DNA from: an uncultured delta proteobacterium
Lineage (GTDB): Bacteria; Myxococcota_A; Polyangia; Haliangiales; Haliangiaceae
Direction of reading: 5' to 3'
Length of the DNA: 64,000 nt
NCBI GenBank assembly: GCA_963848295.1
Contig: CAWKDB010000010.1
Location: 2,752,001 to 2,816,000 of the forward strand
Program-made: the position numbers and the translations under genes
The notes under the pieces: generated by a model
What the model was told of the DNA's origin: nothing
What the model saw: only the letters and a program-made list of their open reading frames with translations
Databases searched by the model: none
In this document: piece by piece, positions 39,144 to 49,921 of the stretch
Numbering within the stretch: the stretch's first letter is position 1
Layout of the letters: every line of letters begins with the position of its first letter

Positions 39144-39774
39144 GCTCGTGATCAGACCCGTCGCGGACGCCGATCTCGAGGCTCTTGCTGCGATCCATAC
39201 CCGCGCGTTTCCTGACAGCGCGATCACGGCGTTCGGACCGGCGATCGTGGAATCGTACTACCGTTGGCTGCTCGTGGGCCCGCACGACGCCGCCGTCATG
39301 GGCGCATGGCGCGATCAGCGTCTCGTAGGCTTCTGCGCCGCGGGAGTCTTTCACGGCGCGATGAACGGGTTCTTGCGTGCCAATCGCCTGCGGTTGCTTC
39401 GCCATCTGGTGACACATCCGAGCTTGGTCGCGAGTGAACTAGTGCGCGACCGAATTCGGAGCGCGGTCAAGATCACGTTCAAGTTCTCGCGCGCCATCCA
39501 GACGATGCGACCCGACGACAAGACGCCAGAATTCGGCGTGCTCTCGATCGCGACCGATCCGACGGTCCGGGGCTCGGGTGCCGGTCGAGCTCTGATGCAA
39601 GAAGCCGAGGCACGTGCACGCCGTGGAAATCACGGTCGCATGGTGCTCACGGTTCACCCGAACAACCTGGACGCGGTACGGTTCTACGAAGGTCTTGGGT
39701 GGAAACGCGCCACTGCGAACGGCAATACTTGGACCGGTATCATGCACCGGCCGCTAGAACCAAGAGATGGATAG
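39136..39774 (+). CDS. GNAT-family N-acetyltransferase
   Basis: LSIATDPTVRGSGAGRAL, N..AVRFYEGLGW. Confidence 0.9.
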   Translation: MSELVIRPVADADLEALAAIHTRAFPDSAITAFGPAIVESYYRWLLVGPHDAAVMGAWRDQRLVGFCAAGVFHGAMNGFLRANRLRLLRHLVTHPSLVASELVRDRIRSAVKITFKFSRAIQTMRPDDKTPEFGVLSIATDPTVRGSGAGRALMQEAEARARRGNHGRMVLTVHPNNLDAVRFYEGLGWKRATANGNTWTGIMHRPLEPRDG

Positions 39775-39777
39775 GAC

Positions 39778-40518
39778 ATGAGGACCGACGAACGATCATC
39801 GGAACAGCAATTCGATCGCGAAGCCCACGAATATGCGGGACGCTACGAGGCGCACGATCCCGGCGGCCATTCGTTCCGGGCGCGCCGCGATCAGACGCGC
39901 GACCTGCTAGGGGGCGGACCGCTCGGCGACCTCCTCGACGTCGGCGGTGCGTCGGGTGTCTACTACCACACGTTCCGCGATCAAGCGCGGAGCTATCACA
40001 TCCTCGATATCAGCAGCGAGATGATCGAGCTCGCCAAGAAACTCGACGATGGGCGCGGCAAGCTGCATCTGCACGTCGCATCCGCGTACCAGCTGCCTTT
40101 CCCCGAGGCGAGCTTCGACACGGTGATCGGCATGGGCCTGCTCGAATACCTCGACGAGCCGTGGCGAGCGCTCGCCGACATGATGCGTGTGGCCCGGCCG
40201 GGTGGAACGGTGACCGTCTCCTTCCCCAACGCCGAGAGCGTGATGCGGCGCACGAGCCGCCACATTTATCGTGCGATGGGCCGACCGGTCACGAAGCGGC
40301 ACTTCACGGCTTGCCAGGTCCACGACGAGGGTCAACGGCTGGGCCTGGAGATCGTGACCACGCGTGGATACAACGCGCAAGTCCTTCCGTTCTACTGGCG
40401 CGTCAAGCCAATCGCGACCGCGCTCGCCGAGACACTCGAGCCGCTGCTCAACCGTTTCGGCAGCTTGTGGGGCAGCTCGTTCATCGTGCAGTTCCGCAAA
40501 CCGCCGCAACGCAGCTAG
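39778..40518 (+). CDS. Class I SAM-dependent methyltransferase
   Basis: LLDVGGASG, LPFPEASFD, GLLEY, RVARPGG. Confidence 0.9.
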   Translation: MRTDERSSEQQFDREAHEYAGRYEAHDPGGHSFRARRDQTRDLLGGGPLGDLLDVGGASGVYYHTFRDQARSYHILDISSEMIELAKKLDDGRGKLHLHVASAYQLPFPEASFDTVIGMGLLEYLDEPWRALADMMRVARPGGTVTVSFPNAESVMRRTSRHIYRAMGRPVTKRHFTACQVHDEGQRLGLEIVTTRGYNAQVLPFYWRVKPIATALAETLEPLLNRFGSLWGSSFIVQFRKPPQRS

Positions 40519-40527
40519 TCGTACAAG

Positions 40528-41367
40528 GTGCTGAGGGTCGCGCTCTCGTTCGACTACGACTCGCCGGCGGGCTACCGGCAGTCGTTCCACATGCGCAGCT
40601 TTCCGATGAATGCGGACCAACTCGGCGCGGACGAGCTCGCTCGAGTCCTCGACGGTGAAGGTGTCAAGGCGACATTCGGCATCGTCGCCGTGGCGGCTCT
40701 CGACGGTGAAGCGCCCGAACACTGCCCCGATCAGATTCGTCGGTTGCACCGCGCCGGGCACGAGATCGCGTCTCACTCGCTGACCCACCGCTATTTGCCG
40801 TCCGCGACGCTCGCGGAGTTGAGAGGCGAGCTCGCGGAATCGCGACGGGTGCTCGAGGCGTGCATCGGCGCGAGCGTTCGCGGGTTTATCCCGCCGTTCA
40901 ACCGCCCGATGCACTTTCCGGCGCGGCTCGCGTTCAGTCCGACCGAGGTATTCGGACTACTCGGGCGCGGACGCGGACGGCAATCTCTGCCGACGCTGCT
41001 GCGCGAAGCGGCGAGTGCGGGATTCATGTGGTCGCGCGTCAGCTTTTCCAACAAGCTTCATGCACTTGAGAAACGACTGCACTTGCGAAAGGACACGCCG
41101 CGACCGAATGCCTTCAAGCAAGGTGGGCTGGTAGCGATTCCGAACGCGATGACCGGCTTCGGCGCGCCTGCGAAGGACTTGGTTCGATCACGGCTCGCAC
41201 ACGGCGGCGCGATCGCGTTGTCAGGTCACCCCAACCAAGCGTACTCGGACAACGATCAGCACGCGAAGCGGCTCGCAGAGCTGATCGCGGCGTTCAAGGT
41301 CGAGCGCGACCGCGGTGACCTCGAGTTCTGCACGATGGCCGAGCTCGCGGCGACGGTCCAAGTTTAG
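40528..41367 (+). CDS. Polysaccharide deacetylase
   Basis: LSFDYD, ATFGIV, GHEIASHSLTH, GFIPP. Confidence 0.85.
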   Translation: MLRVALSFDYDSPAGYRQSFHMRSFPMNADQLGADELARVLDGEGVKATFGIVAVAALDGEAPEHCPDQIRRLHRAGHEIASHSLTHRYLPSATLAELRGELAESRRVLEACIGASVRGFIPPFNRPMHFPARLAFSPTEVFGLLGRGRGRQSLPTLLREAASAGFMWSRVSFSNKLHALEKRLHLRKDTPRPNAFKQGGLVAIPNAMTGFGAPAKDLVRSRLAHGGAIALSGHPNQAYSDNDQHAKRLAELIAAFKVERDRGDLEFCTMAELAATVQV

Positions 41368-42098
41368 GCGCGCTCGAACATGACGATGCGCTCGGGACCG
41401 CGCGCGGCGAGCCACGGCGCGCGCGCCGTATAAGCCTGCAATTGATACAGCCATTCGTTCGGCAACCGGCCCAGTCCCGGCAGCGCGGTCCAATACCGAC
41501 GTTCGGCAACGACGCGCAGACCGCAGCGCTCGGCGAGCATGCGGATCTCCGCGTGCGAGGTCGGCAGAGGTACGTAGTCGCGGCCGCCACTGAGTTGGAG
41601 CTTCGCGAGATAAAACGCGCGGAGCGCTTTGCTGACGATCGAATCTGCGTCGGTGAGTTGCAAGATCACGCGTCCATGTGGAATCACTAGCTGCGCGAGC
41701 TTGTCGATCGCGGTGGCGAGCGGACGCATGTGAGCTAGGAGTCCGAGTGCGAGCACGAGGTCGAACGCTCGCGCGGGCGCGAAACTCAGCGCGTCGCCGT
41801 GGTACCAGGTCACCTTCCCAGCGGCGATCTCGTCGAGGCCGCGACGCGCCTCGCTTAGCATGCCCTCGCTGGCATCGACCCAGGTGAGGCCCGCGCACTC
41901 GGGAAGAAACTGGCTCGAGATCCGTCCGTCGCCACAACCGAGATCCACGACCTGTAAGCCGCGCGCGCTACCGACCAGTTCACGTACAAGCTCTTGCCGC
42001 AGCGCGACGTTGAAGTCCTTTGCGAGGTACCGACGAGGATCCGCGAACAGTCGCCGGACGTTAGCTTCGTGCGCGTCAGTTCGGTGCGATCGCTTCAT
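41364..42098 (-). CDS. Class I SAM-dependent methyltransferase
   Basis: VVDLGCGDG, VDASEGML, FDLVLALGLLAH. Confidence 0.9.
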   Translation of the reverse strand: MKRSHRTDAHEANVRRLFADPRRYLAKDFNVALRQELVRELVGSARGLQVVDLGCGDGRISSQFLPECAGLTWVDASEGMLSEARRGLDEIAAGKVTWYHGDALSFAPARAFDLVLALGLLAHMRPLATAIDKLAQLVIPHGRVILQLTDADSIVSKALRAFYLAKLQLSGGRDYVPLPTSHAEIRMLAERCGLRVVAERRYWTALPGLGRLPNEWLYQLQAYTARAPWLAARGPERIVMFERA

Positions 42099-43983
42099 CG
42101 ACGTCAACGGCATCATCGAGCGTTCGGATGGGCCCGTTCAACTGATACTCGGGTACGATCTCGCATAGCCGACCGCGGATCTGTTGCGCATCGGCACCAT
42201 CGTTCGCGACGGCCATGAGGCCGTCGATCGCTTGGAGCACTTGAGCCCACTCGTGCGGGTTGATCCGGCCGATATAGATCTTTGGGTGTTTGGTCTTGTC
42301 GGCCTTTTCGCTATCAGTCGCGAGCTCCTCCCGCAGCTTCTCGCCCGGTCGAACGCCCGTGTACTTGACCTCGATGTCGATCCCCGGGCGCAGACCGGAG
42401 AGTGAGATCAAGTCGTGTGCGAGATCGACGATCCGAACTGGCTTGCCCATGTCGAGAATGAAGATCTCGCCGCCGCTCCCCATCGCGCCGGCCTGGAGCA
42501 CGAGTTGGCTCGCCTCGCGGATCGTCATGAAGTACCGGGTCATGTCGGGATGCGTGACCGTGACAGGTCCACCGCGCGATATCTGTTCGCGGAAGATCGG
42601 CACCGCGCTTCCAGCGGACCCAAGCACGTTGCCGAATCGGACGGTGACGTAGCGAGTTTTGCTCCGTTGCGACATCGCCTGCGTATAGATCTCGGCCACG
42701 CGCTTCGACGCCCCCATTACCGACGATGGGTTCACTGCTTTGTCCGTCGAGATCAAGACGAACCGCTCGACACCAAACCGGTGCGAGAGATCGGCGACGA
42801 CGCGAGTGCCGCCGATGTTGTTCTTGACAGCCTCGCCCGGGTTCCATTCCATCATCGGCACGTGCTTGTGAGCGGCGGCATGGAACACCAGGTCCGGCTT
42901 GAAGGCCTCGAACAACCCGATCATGCGCGGCTCGTCGGAGACATCGGCGACGCGAGGATCAAGTGCGACGTGAGGGAAAGCCGCGACGAGCTCGCGATGA
43001 ATCTCGAACAACGCGTTCTCGAACCGTTCGACCAGCACCAGGCGTTGTGGGCCGAACTGGCACAGGATCCGGCACAGGTCCGAGCCGATGCTGCCACCGG
43101 CGCCGGTCACGAACACGACGCGACCACGGATCGTCGCACCGATATTCTCTTCGTCGAGTGCGACCGGTTCGCGCCCGAGCAAGTCTTCGATTGCTACCTC
43201 GCGGATCCGCGACAGGTTCACGTTGTTGCCGACGAGCTCGTAGATGCCGGGAATGATCTTGGTTTCGAGCCCTGCGTCGCGGCATAGCTGGTTGATCCGC
43301 CGGATCTGCGCGCCGGACGCATTTGCGATCGCGATCAGCGCACGCCTTGCACGCATCCGCTGGGCAATCTCGGCAACATCCGAAGTGCTACCGAGCACGC
43401 GTAATCCGGCGATCTGCGTTCCGATCTTGAGCGGGTCGTCATCGAGATATCCAACCGCTTGCAGGCCCAGATCTGGGCGACGTGCCAATTCGTGGGCGAC
43501 GAGCACGCCGGCCTGACCCGCGCCGATCAACAACGCGCGATGCCGAATGCCCTCGGTGCGCCGCGTGCCACGCTCGATCACTTCGGCGCGAATGCGCCAG
43601 GCGCCGCGCACGCCAACTAACCCGACGAACGCGAGGATCAGATCCATCGCGATGACCCCGAGCGGAATCGCGAAGATGGCCTGGCCGAGCTGCGGCAGCA
43701 CGAGTCGGAACACCACAAGCACGCCGGTCGACGCCGCGACCGCTATGGCGACCCGCAACGTGTCTCGGATGTTGATGTAGCGCCACGACATGCGCGGTAC
43801 ATCGAACGCCCGAAGCCCGAAGTACTGGACCAGCGCGACGTACGGCCAATTGAACAGCAGGACGTTCAGACCGCTACGCGGGATCTGGAACTCGAATCGG
43901 AACAGAAACGCGAGCCAATAGGCGATGGACAGCACGACGAAATCGAGCGCGGTGCGAAGGCTCTGGCTCAGAAAACGCGGCAT
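42076..43983 (-). CDS. Membrane-anchored UDP-GlcNAc 4,6-dehydratase (PglF/WbpM/CapD family)
   Basis: N-terminal TM segments, IGAGQAG, VTGAGGSIGS, HAAAHKHVP, STDKAVNP, RFGNVLGS. Confidence 0.95.
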   Translation of the reverse strand: MPRFLSQSLRTALDFVVLSIAYWLAFLFRFEFQIPRSGLNVLLFNWPYVALVQYFGLRAFDVPRMSWRYINIRDTLRVAIAVAASTGVLVVFRLVLPQLGQAIFAIPLGVIAMDLILAFVGLVGVRGAWRIRAEVIERGTRRTEGIRHRALLIGAGQAGVLVAHELARRPDLGLQAVGYLDDDPLKIGTQIAGLRVLGSTSDVAEIAQRMRARRALIAIANASGAQIRRINQLCRDAGLETKIIPGIYELVGNNVNLSRIREVAIEDLLGREPVALDEENIGATIRGRVVFVTGAGGSIGSDLCRILCQFGPQRLVLVERFENALFEIHRELVAAFPHVALDPRVADVSDEPRMIGLFEAFKPDLVFHAAAHKHVPMMEWNPGEAVKNNIGGTRVVADLSHRFGVERFVLISTDKAVNPSSVMGASKRVAEIYTQAMSQRSKTRYVTVRFGNVLGSAGSAVPIFREQISRGGPVTVTHPDMTRYFMTIREASQLVLQAGAMGSGGEIFILDMGKPVRIVDLAHDLISLSGLRPGIDIEVKYTGVRPGEKLREELATDSEKADKTKHPKIYIGRINPHEWAQVLQAIDGLMAVANDGADAQQIRGRLCEIVPEYQLNGPIRTLDDAVDVDEAIAPN

Positions 43984-44168
43984 GTACGGCGGGGATTAGT
44001 TGCAGCAGAACTAGTCAGTGTTCAGCGCCGCGGACACTAGCCGATCACCCGACCGGTTCGCACATGTAACGCACACGGGAGCGCGTAGATGGCCACCCGA
44101 ATTGATGTTTTTCGCCCCAAGTCAGGCGATCCGTGCGCTGGCGTCGCGGTTTGCGCTAGCTTGGGACC

Positions 44169-45573
44169 GTGGCTGGCTTAGCGGACCGGATCTACGCCCG
44201 CTCTCCGGTAGTCCTTCAGCATGCGATGGTCTCGGCTTTCGGGGCGCGATGGCGTTGGCGGCGGTTTGGCCCGGGGTTCGGAGCGGAGCGCGACGGCTTC
44301 ATCGCGCGCGAGACTTACACGGCGGATGAATGGCGCGACTATCAAACACACGCGCTGCGAGAGCTGATCACGCTCGCTGCGTCTCGGATTCCGTATTACC
44401 AGCGCGCGTGGCGAGGTCTGGGCCTGACCGGCAGTTCGATCGCACGCTTCGAGCTTGGAGACCTCGCGGCGTTGCCAATCCTCGAAAAAGACGCGCCCCG
44501 AGCCGAGCCGGAAGCGTTTTGTGTGGACGGCGTCCCGCCGCGCGGGGCGGTGATCTCGTCCGACTAGCGGATCGACTGGGACGCCGGTTCGCGTATTCGT
44601 GACGAACCGCGAGCTCCGCCGGTCGCTCGCGCTGCGCGAGGCGCGGAGCTGTCGTCCGGCCGGGGTTTCGTTCTCGATGCCTCGAGCGACGTTTAGCGGT
44701 CGGCTGGTCGAGCCACGGGCCGATTCATCCGGCCCGTTCCACCGCTTCAATCTGTTCGAACGCCAAGTCTATTTCTCCGCGTTTCATCTCGCTCCCAAGA
44801 ATGCGGTCGCCTATGTCGAGCCGTTGCGCCGCCACGGCGTGGTGTGGGGCACCGGTTACACCCACGCGTGGGAAGAGCTGGCTGGGTTCATGATCGAGCA
44901 AGGCATCGCGCCGCCGCCGCTGCTGAAAGCGATCATCACGACGAGCGAGAAGTTGACGTCTGCGGGACGAGCGACGATCGAGCGCGCGTTTGGTTGCCGC
45001 GTGTTTCAGGAATACGGCACGGTCGAAGACGCGCTGTTCGCGAGCGAGCACGCGGACGGTCGACTTCGCCTGTCGCCCGACGCGGGCATCTTGGAGTTGC
45101 GGCGCGGCGACGGAACGATTGTCGCGCCGACATCGAGCGACGAAGGCGAGACGATCACGACGAGCTTCATACGTCGCGGTCAGCTGTTCATTCGCTACCG
45201 ACTCGGTGACGTCGCGGCGTGGGATCAGGCTCCCGATCCGTCGGGTCTCGCTCTGCCGATCCTGGCTGACGTCGTCGGACGTCTCGAGGATATCGTCGAG
45301 GCCCCCGACGGCCGGCGCACGGTTCGCTTCCACGGCATCTTCACCGAGCTCCCAGGAGTGCGCGAGGCCCAGGTCGTGCAAATCGCGCGCGATCGGCTGC
45401 GCATCCGCGTGGTCCCGACTGCTCAGTTCACCGATGCGACCGTGCGCGATATCATCTCGCGCGTCCACGCCCGGCTGACCGACGCGATGCACGTCGAGGT
45501 CGAGCGCGTCGACGCGATCGCACGCACGAGTGCCGGCAAGTTTCGCGCGGTGATCAACGAGATGCCACGCTAG
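44169..45573 (+). pseudogene. CapK/phenylacetate-CoA ligase-like adenylate-forming enzyme, split by a frameshift near 44559
   Basis: Frame 1 (IPYY..., LPILEKD) stops at 44567; frame 2 from 44560 reads PTSGSTGTP, then EYGTVE, IRYRLGD, GRLED, GKFR. Confidence 0.85.
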
Positions 45574-47837
45574 TCATTCGTAGCGCCTGTAGCGTTTTCG
45601 CGATCCACGGCCGGCCCGCCGAGCGGTCGGGGGTGCCGCGGAGCGTCGCGGCGGCGAGGTCGCGGTGGCCCTCGGCGGCGAGGAGCGCGGCGAACTCGCA
45701 GAGCTGCCAGGTCGCGAAGTACGGGCACGTGATACGCGGCGAAGAAGTCGACGGGCAGCGCGTAGACGGCCTCGTCGAGCTTGCTGCGATCGGCGAAGCC
45801 GGTGCCGGCGACGACGCAGCCGCCGCCGAAGAACTGCGGCGCGGGCGCGGACGAGCGCGGCGAGCGAGCGCGGCGCGCCGTACGCCGGCGCGGTCGGGGT
45901 CGCCGCGGCGGCGAGCGCGTCGAGCTGCGCGGCGATCGGCTCGGCGTTCGCCGGATCGATCACGCCGGCGACGAACAGGCACGCGCCGCGTTCGCGCGCG
46001 GCGTCGTCGGCGCCGCCCGGCAGGCACGGCGCGACGGTGGCGCGCGCGAGGTCGAGGTCGCCGTCGATCCACTGCAGCATCGCGAGCGCGGCGCGGCGCA
46101 GCGGGCGGCGCGATGGGCCGGCTTTGTCGAGCGCGCGCTGGTAGAGCTCCTTCGCGCGCGCGTGATCGCCGCGCAGCGCGAGCACCTTCGCGAGGCCGGC
46201 GAGGGTGTCTTCGCCTTCGCTGAGGCGCACCGCGTCTTCGGCGGCGGCGACGGCTTCGTCGAGCTTGCCGGCGGCGGCGAGGGTCGTCGCGTAGACGCCG
46301 ACCGCATCGGCCTCGCCGGGGAACGCGTCGCGGTACAGCTTGCCGATCGCGAGCGCCTCGTCCGGTTGGTCGAGGTAGAGCAGCACCGACGAGTCGTGGT
46401 CGTAGATCCGACCGCGGAATTGCTCGGCGGGCTCGGCGAGCAGCGCGCGATACTCGTCGCGCGCCGCTGTCGTAGTGGCCCGCGCGCCAGTCGAGCTCGG
46501 CGGTCCAGAACGCGAGCTCGCGATCGGCGGGGGCGCCCGAGGCGACGAGCGCGGCGCGCGCGGCGACCGGGCCACTCTCGACCAGCGCGATCGCGGCGTC
46601 GAGCAGCGCGCGGTCTTTGCCGTGCTCGCTCGTCGCAGGGCGCGCGCGACTCGCCGCGGCCAGCGCGGTCTGGCGATCGGCGAGCGAGGCGCCGCCGAAC
46701 AGCAGCATGTACGCGTTCGCGCGCGGATGCTCGGGCGACACCGCGAGCGCGGCGCGCAGCGACGACAGCGCCTTCTCGTTGTAGAACACGTCGTATTCCT
46801 CGAGCGCGTGCTGGACGTACTCGTCGCCCGGACCGAGCGGCGCGACGCGATGAGCGCGCCACCACCACGCGCCGACTGCGAGCGCGACGACCGCGATCAG
46901 CCGCGCTCGCGATCATCGGGCCGCGGCGGATGCGCGGTGCCGCCAGCGCATCGCGCTCGGCCGCGATCGCATCGCGGAGCTCGACCATCGACGGATAGCG
47001 CGCCGCCGGATCCTTCGCGAGGGCGCGCATCGCGATCGCGGCGACCGCAGGCGGCACCTTTGCGAGCGGCGGCGGTGGCTCGCTCGCGATCTTGGCGAAC
47101 AGCTCGTCGATCGATCCGGTCGCGGCGAACGCGGGCTTGCCGGCGAGGATCTCGTACGCGAGCATGCCGAGCGAGTAGACCTCGCTGCGCTCGTCGGGGA
47201 CGCCGCCCGCGACTTGCTCGGGCGACATGTACATCGGCGTCCCGATCAGCGAGCCGGCTTGGGTCTCGTAGCTCACCGGCGACAGCGTCGCGTCGAGCGC
47301 GATCGCCTGTGGCGAGGGTCCGGAGGCGGCCGCCGGCGCCGGCGACGAGCCGTCGCGCAGCTTCGCGAGGCCGAAGTCCAGCACCTTGACGCCGCCGTCG
47401 TTCGCGATCATCACGTTCGCCGCTTTGAGATCGCGATGCAGGATGCCGCGCGCGTGAGCGGCGACGAGCGCATCGGCGATCCCCGCGATCCATTTCAGGC
47501 CGACCGCGAGCTCGGGCGCGCCCGACTTGCGCAGCACGTCGTTGAGCGTGCGGCCCTCGACGAGCTCCATCACGAGGATGTCGCTGCCGCCCTGGTCGTG
47601 CTCGACGATGTCGAACAACGTGACGACGTTCGCGTGGCGGATCGCGGCGGCGGCGCGCGCTTCGCGCAGCACGCGCACGCGGTGTTCGGCGTCGCTCGCG
47701 AGATCGGGCACGAGCACCTTGACCGCGACGTAGCGATCGAGCCGCTCGTCGCGCGCGCGCCACACCTCGCCCATCGCGCCTTTGCCGAGCTGCGAGACGA
47801 ACCGATACGGTCCGATCAGATCGCCGGGCTCGGGCAC
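45554..47837 (-). pseudogene. Hanks-type Ser/Thr kinase-TM-TPR protein with about four frameshifts
   Basis: GKGAMG, VAVK, HRDLKAAN, DFG, GTPMYMSPE; TM (LIAVVALAVGAWWW) and TPR segments continue in other frames after shifts near 46901, 46465, 45838 and 45725. Confidence 0.85.
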
Positions 47838-47854
47838 GGGCGCATCGTACCGCG

Positions 47855-49009
47855 CTACGGCGTCACGACGGAGATCGACGGCGATGAGGTCACGCCCGGC
47901 ACCGCGACGTTCGCGCGGATGTAGCCGATACCGCCGCCGCCGCCCCCGCCCGAGACCCCCGCGTTGGCCGTGCCGTTCGTCGCCGCGATCGCCGCCGCCG
48001 CGCCGTTGCCACCCTCGACCAAGTACATGCCACCGAGCGCCGGCGTCGTCGGCGCTGCTTCCGACGGATCATGGCCATCGGTGCCAGAGTCCTGCGAGTC
48101 GCCCGCGCTCGTCCCGCCACCGCCGTTCGCCATCACCGCGCCACCGGTCGCGCCGATCACCGGCGCATAGAGCACGAGCATGCCGCCCGTGCCGCCGCCG
48201 CTGCCACCGGTGCCGAGCCCGGAGGTCAAGCCCCCTGCCCCGGACACGTCGATCAGCCCGGTCGGCTCGATCGCGATCGCGGTGCCGGCGACGAGGTAGA
48301 CCGCGCCGCCGCCCGGTCCGGGATTCGACGTGTCACCGATTCCCGGAAGCGAGCCGTGCTGGCCGGAGCAACCGCCGCGCAACGTCGTCGGTGGCGCGAG
48401 CGCGGTCCCGGGTTGGCCGCCGACGTTCATGCCCGACTTGCCGCCGTGCCCGCCTTCGTCGACGAACGAGCCTCCCGCGCCGCCGCCCGCTTCGCCCGGG
48501 CCACTGCCGGTCGGAGTCTGCGCGAACGGGTTGCAGGGTCCGGCGGCGCTGGCCGGCCCGGTCTTGGGATCAGTCACGTTGCGGCTCGCGGCATCGAGCG
48601 TGCCTGCGATCGTCAGCGTGCCGGTCGCGACGACGACGAGCGGTCGCGATCCGGTCACCGCGATCGTGCCGTTGCCGCCGATCGTGACGTCGGTGCCGAT
48701 CACGAAGCACGCGTCCGGTTGCGCCGGCGTCCAGCCGGGCGGTTGCGTGTTCGCGCACTCGACGCTCGTCGTGGTGTCGAGCGCGGTCGGTAGCGTCGCG
48801 GGTGCGATCGGCAGCGTGGCGAGGCAGACGGCGAACGAGCCCGAGCCGAAGCACTGTTGCGCATCGGCCGGAGGACCATCGTTCGCGGCATCGCCGGCGA
48901 CATCCGCCTCGCCGCCGTCGCGCAGCCGCGGCGAATCGATGCCGAACACCTCGCGGCAACCGGGAAGCGCGGCGAACGCCAGGGCGATGACGAGCCGGCG
49001 CGTGCGCAC
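47855..49009 (-). CDS. Gly-rich predicted lipoprotein
   Basis: Lipobox LPG-C, Cys-rich N-terminal part, repeated GGG(A/S)GG motifs (GGGAVYL, GGSGGGTGG, GGGGIGYI). Confidence 0.75.
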   Translation of the reverse strand: MRTRRLVIALAFAALPGCREVFGIDSPRLRDGGEADVAGDAANDGPPADAQQCFGSGSFAVCLATLPIAPATLPTALDTTTSVECANTQPPGWTPAQPDACFVIGTDVTIGGNGTIAVTGSRPLVVVATGTLTIAGTLDAASRNVTDPKTGPASAAGPCNPFAQTPTGSGPGEAGGGAGGSFVDEGGHGGKSGMNVGGQPGTALAPPTTLRGGCSGQHGSLPGIGDTSNPGPGGGAVYLVAGTAIAIEPTGLIDVSGAGGLTSGLGTGGSGGGTGGMLVLYAPVIGATGGAVMANGGGGTSAGDSQDSGTDGHDPSEAAPTTPALGGMYLVEGGNGAAAAIAATNGTANAGVSGGGGGGGIGYIRANVAVPGVTSSPSISVVTP

Positions 49010-49035
49010 GTCACCATGATACGCCCCGCGTGCGG

Positions 49036-49905
49036 TCAAGGCGCCAGGAAATCGACGAGCGCCTTCGCGAAGTCGTCGGGGTCTTGCCACAGCGCGAAGT
49101 GCGACGTGTCCTTGAAGACGATCAGCTTGGCGTTCGGGATCAGCTTCGCCATCTCCTCGACCTGATCGAGCACGATCACCTCGTCGTGATCGCCATCGGC
49201 GACGATGGTCGGCGCCTTGATCGCGCGCAGCTGATCCTTCGTGAAGCCCATCGGGTTGCGCCACACCGGCAGCATCCAGTCGACGAGCGCGTCGAACTGC
49301 TTCGGCGTCGCGGACATCCGCTCGTAGTCGACGCGGCACTTCGCGGCGTAGCCGGTGAACGTCGCGGACCGGGCATTGCCTCGCGGCTTCGAGCCGTTCG
49401 CGTCGTAGTTCGTGCCGAACACGAACAGCTTGGCGACCCGATCGGGATGGCTGATCGCGAGCTTGAGCGCGATCTCGCCGCCGTCGCTCCAGCCGACGAA
49501 CGACGCGCGTGCGATCGAGAGATGATCCATCACCGCGAGCACGTCGTCGGCCATCACGTCATAGCTCGGCGCGGCCTTCGTGCGCGTGCTCCGGCCCTGA
49601 CCGCGACTGTCGATCACGATCACGCCGAGCTTGTCGACGAGCGCGGGGAGCTCGAACGCCCAGTGATCGGAGTTGCCGAGGCCACCGTGCAGCAAGACCA
49701 CCGGCGGGTTGGTCGCGACGCCGTAGCGCGCGTAGTAGATGTGCGCGCCCGCCGAGTCGACGGTCCCGTGATCGACCGCGGCGGGCATCGCCGGCGGCAG
49801 CGGCAGCTCTTGCCACCTCGGCTTCGGCGTGGCGAACGCTCGCGCGGCGACGCCGAGCGCAAACATCACGACCAGCGGGATCCTCACCCATCGATCATGG
49901 CGCAC
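49036..49905 (-). CDS. Secreted alpha/beta-fold hydrolase
   Basis: LLHGG, DSRGQGRS, nucleophile elbow GWSDGG, GDHDE, TSH. Confidence 0.92.
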   Translation of the reverse strand: MRHDRWVRIPLVVMFALGVAARAFATPKPRWQELPLPPAMPAAVDHGTVDSAGAHIYYARYGVATNPPVVLLHGGLGNSDHWAFELPALVDKLGVIVIDSRGQGRSTRTKAAPSYDVMADDVLAVMDHLSIARASFVGWSDGGEIALKLAISHPDRVAKLFVFGTNYDANGSKPRGNARSATFTGYAAKCRVDYERMSATPKQFDALVDWMLPVWRNPMGFTKDQLRAIKAPTIVADGDHDEVIVLDQVEEMAKLIPNAKLIVFKDTSHFALWQDPDDFAKALVDFLAP

Positions 49906-49921
49906 ACCGCGCTCGATGTCT

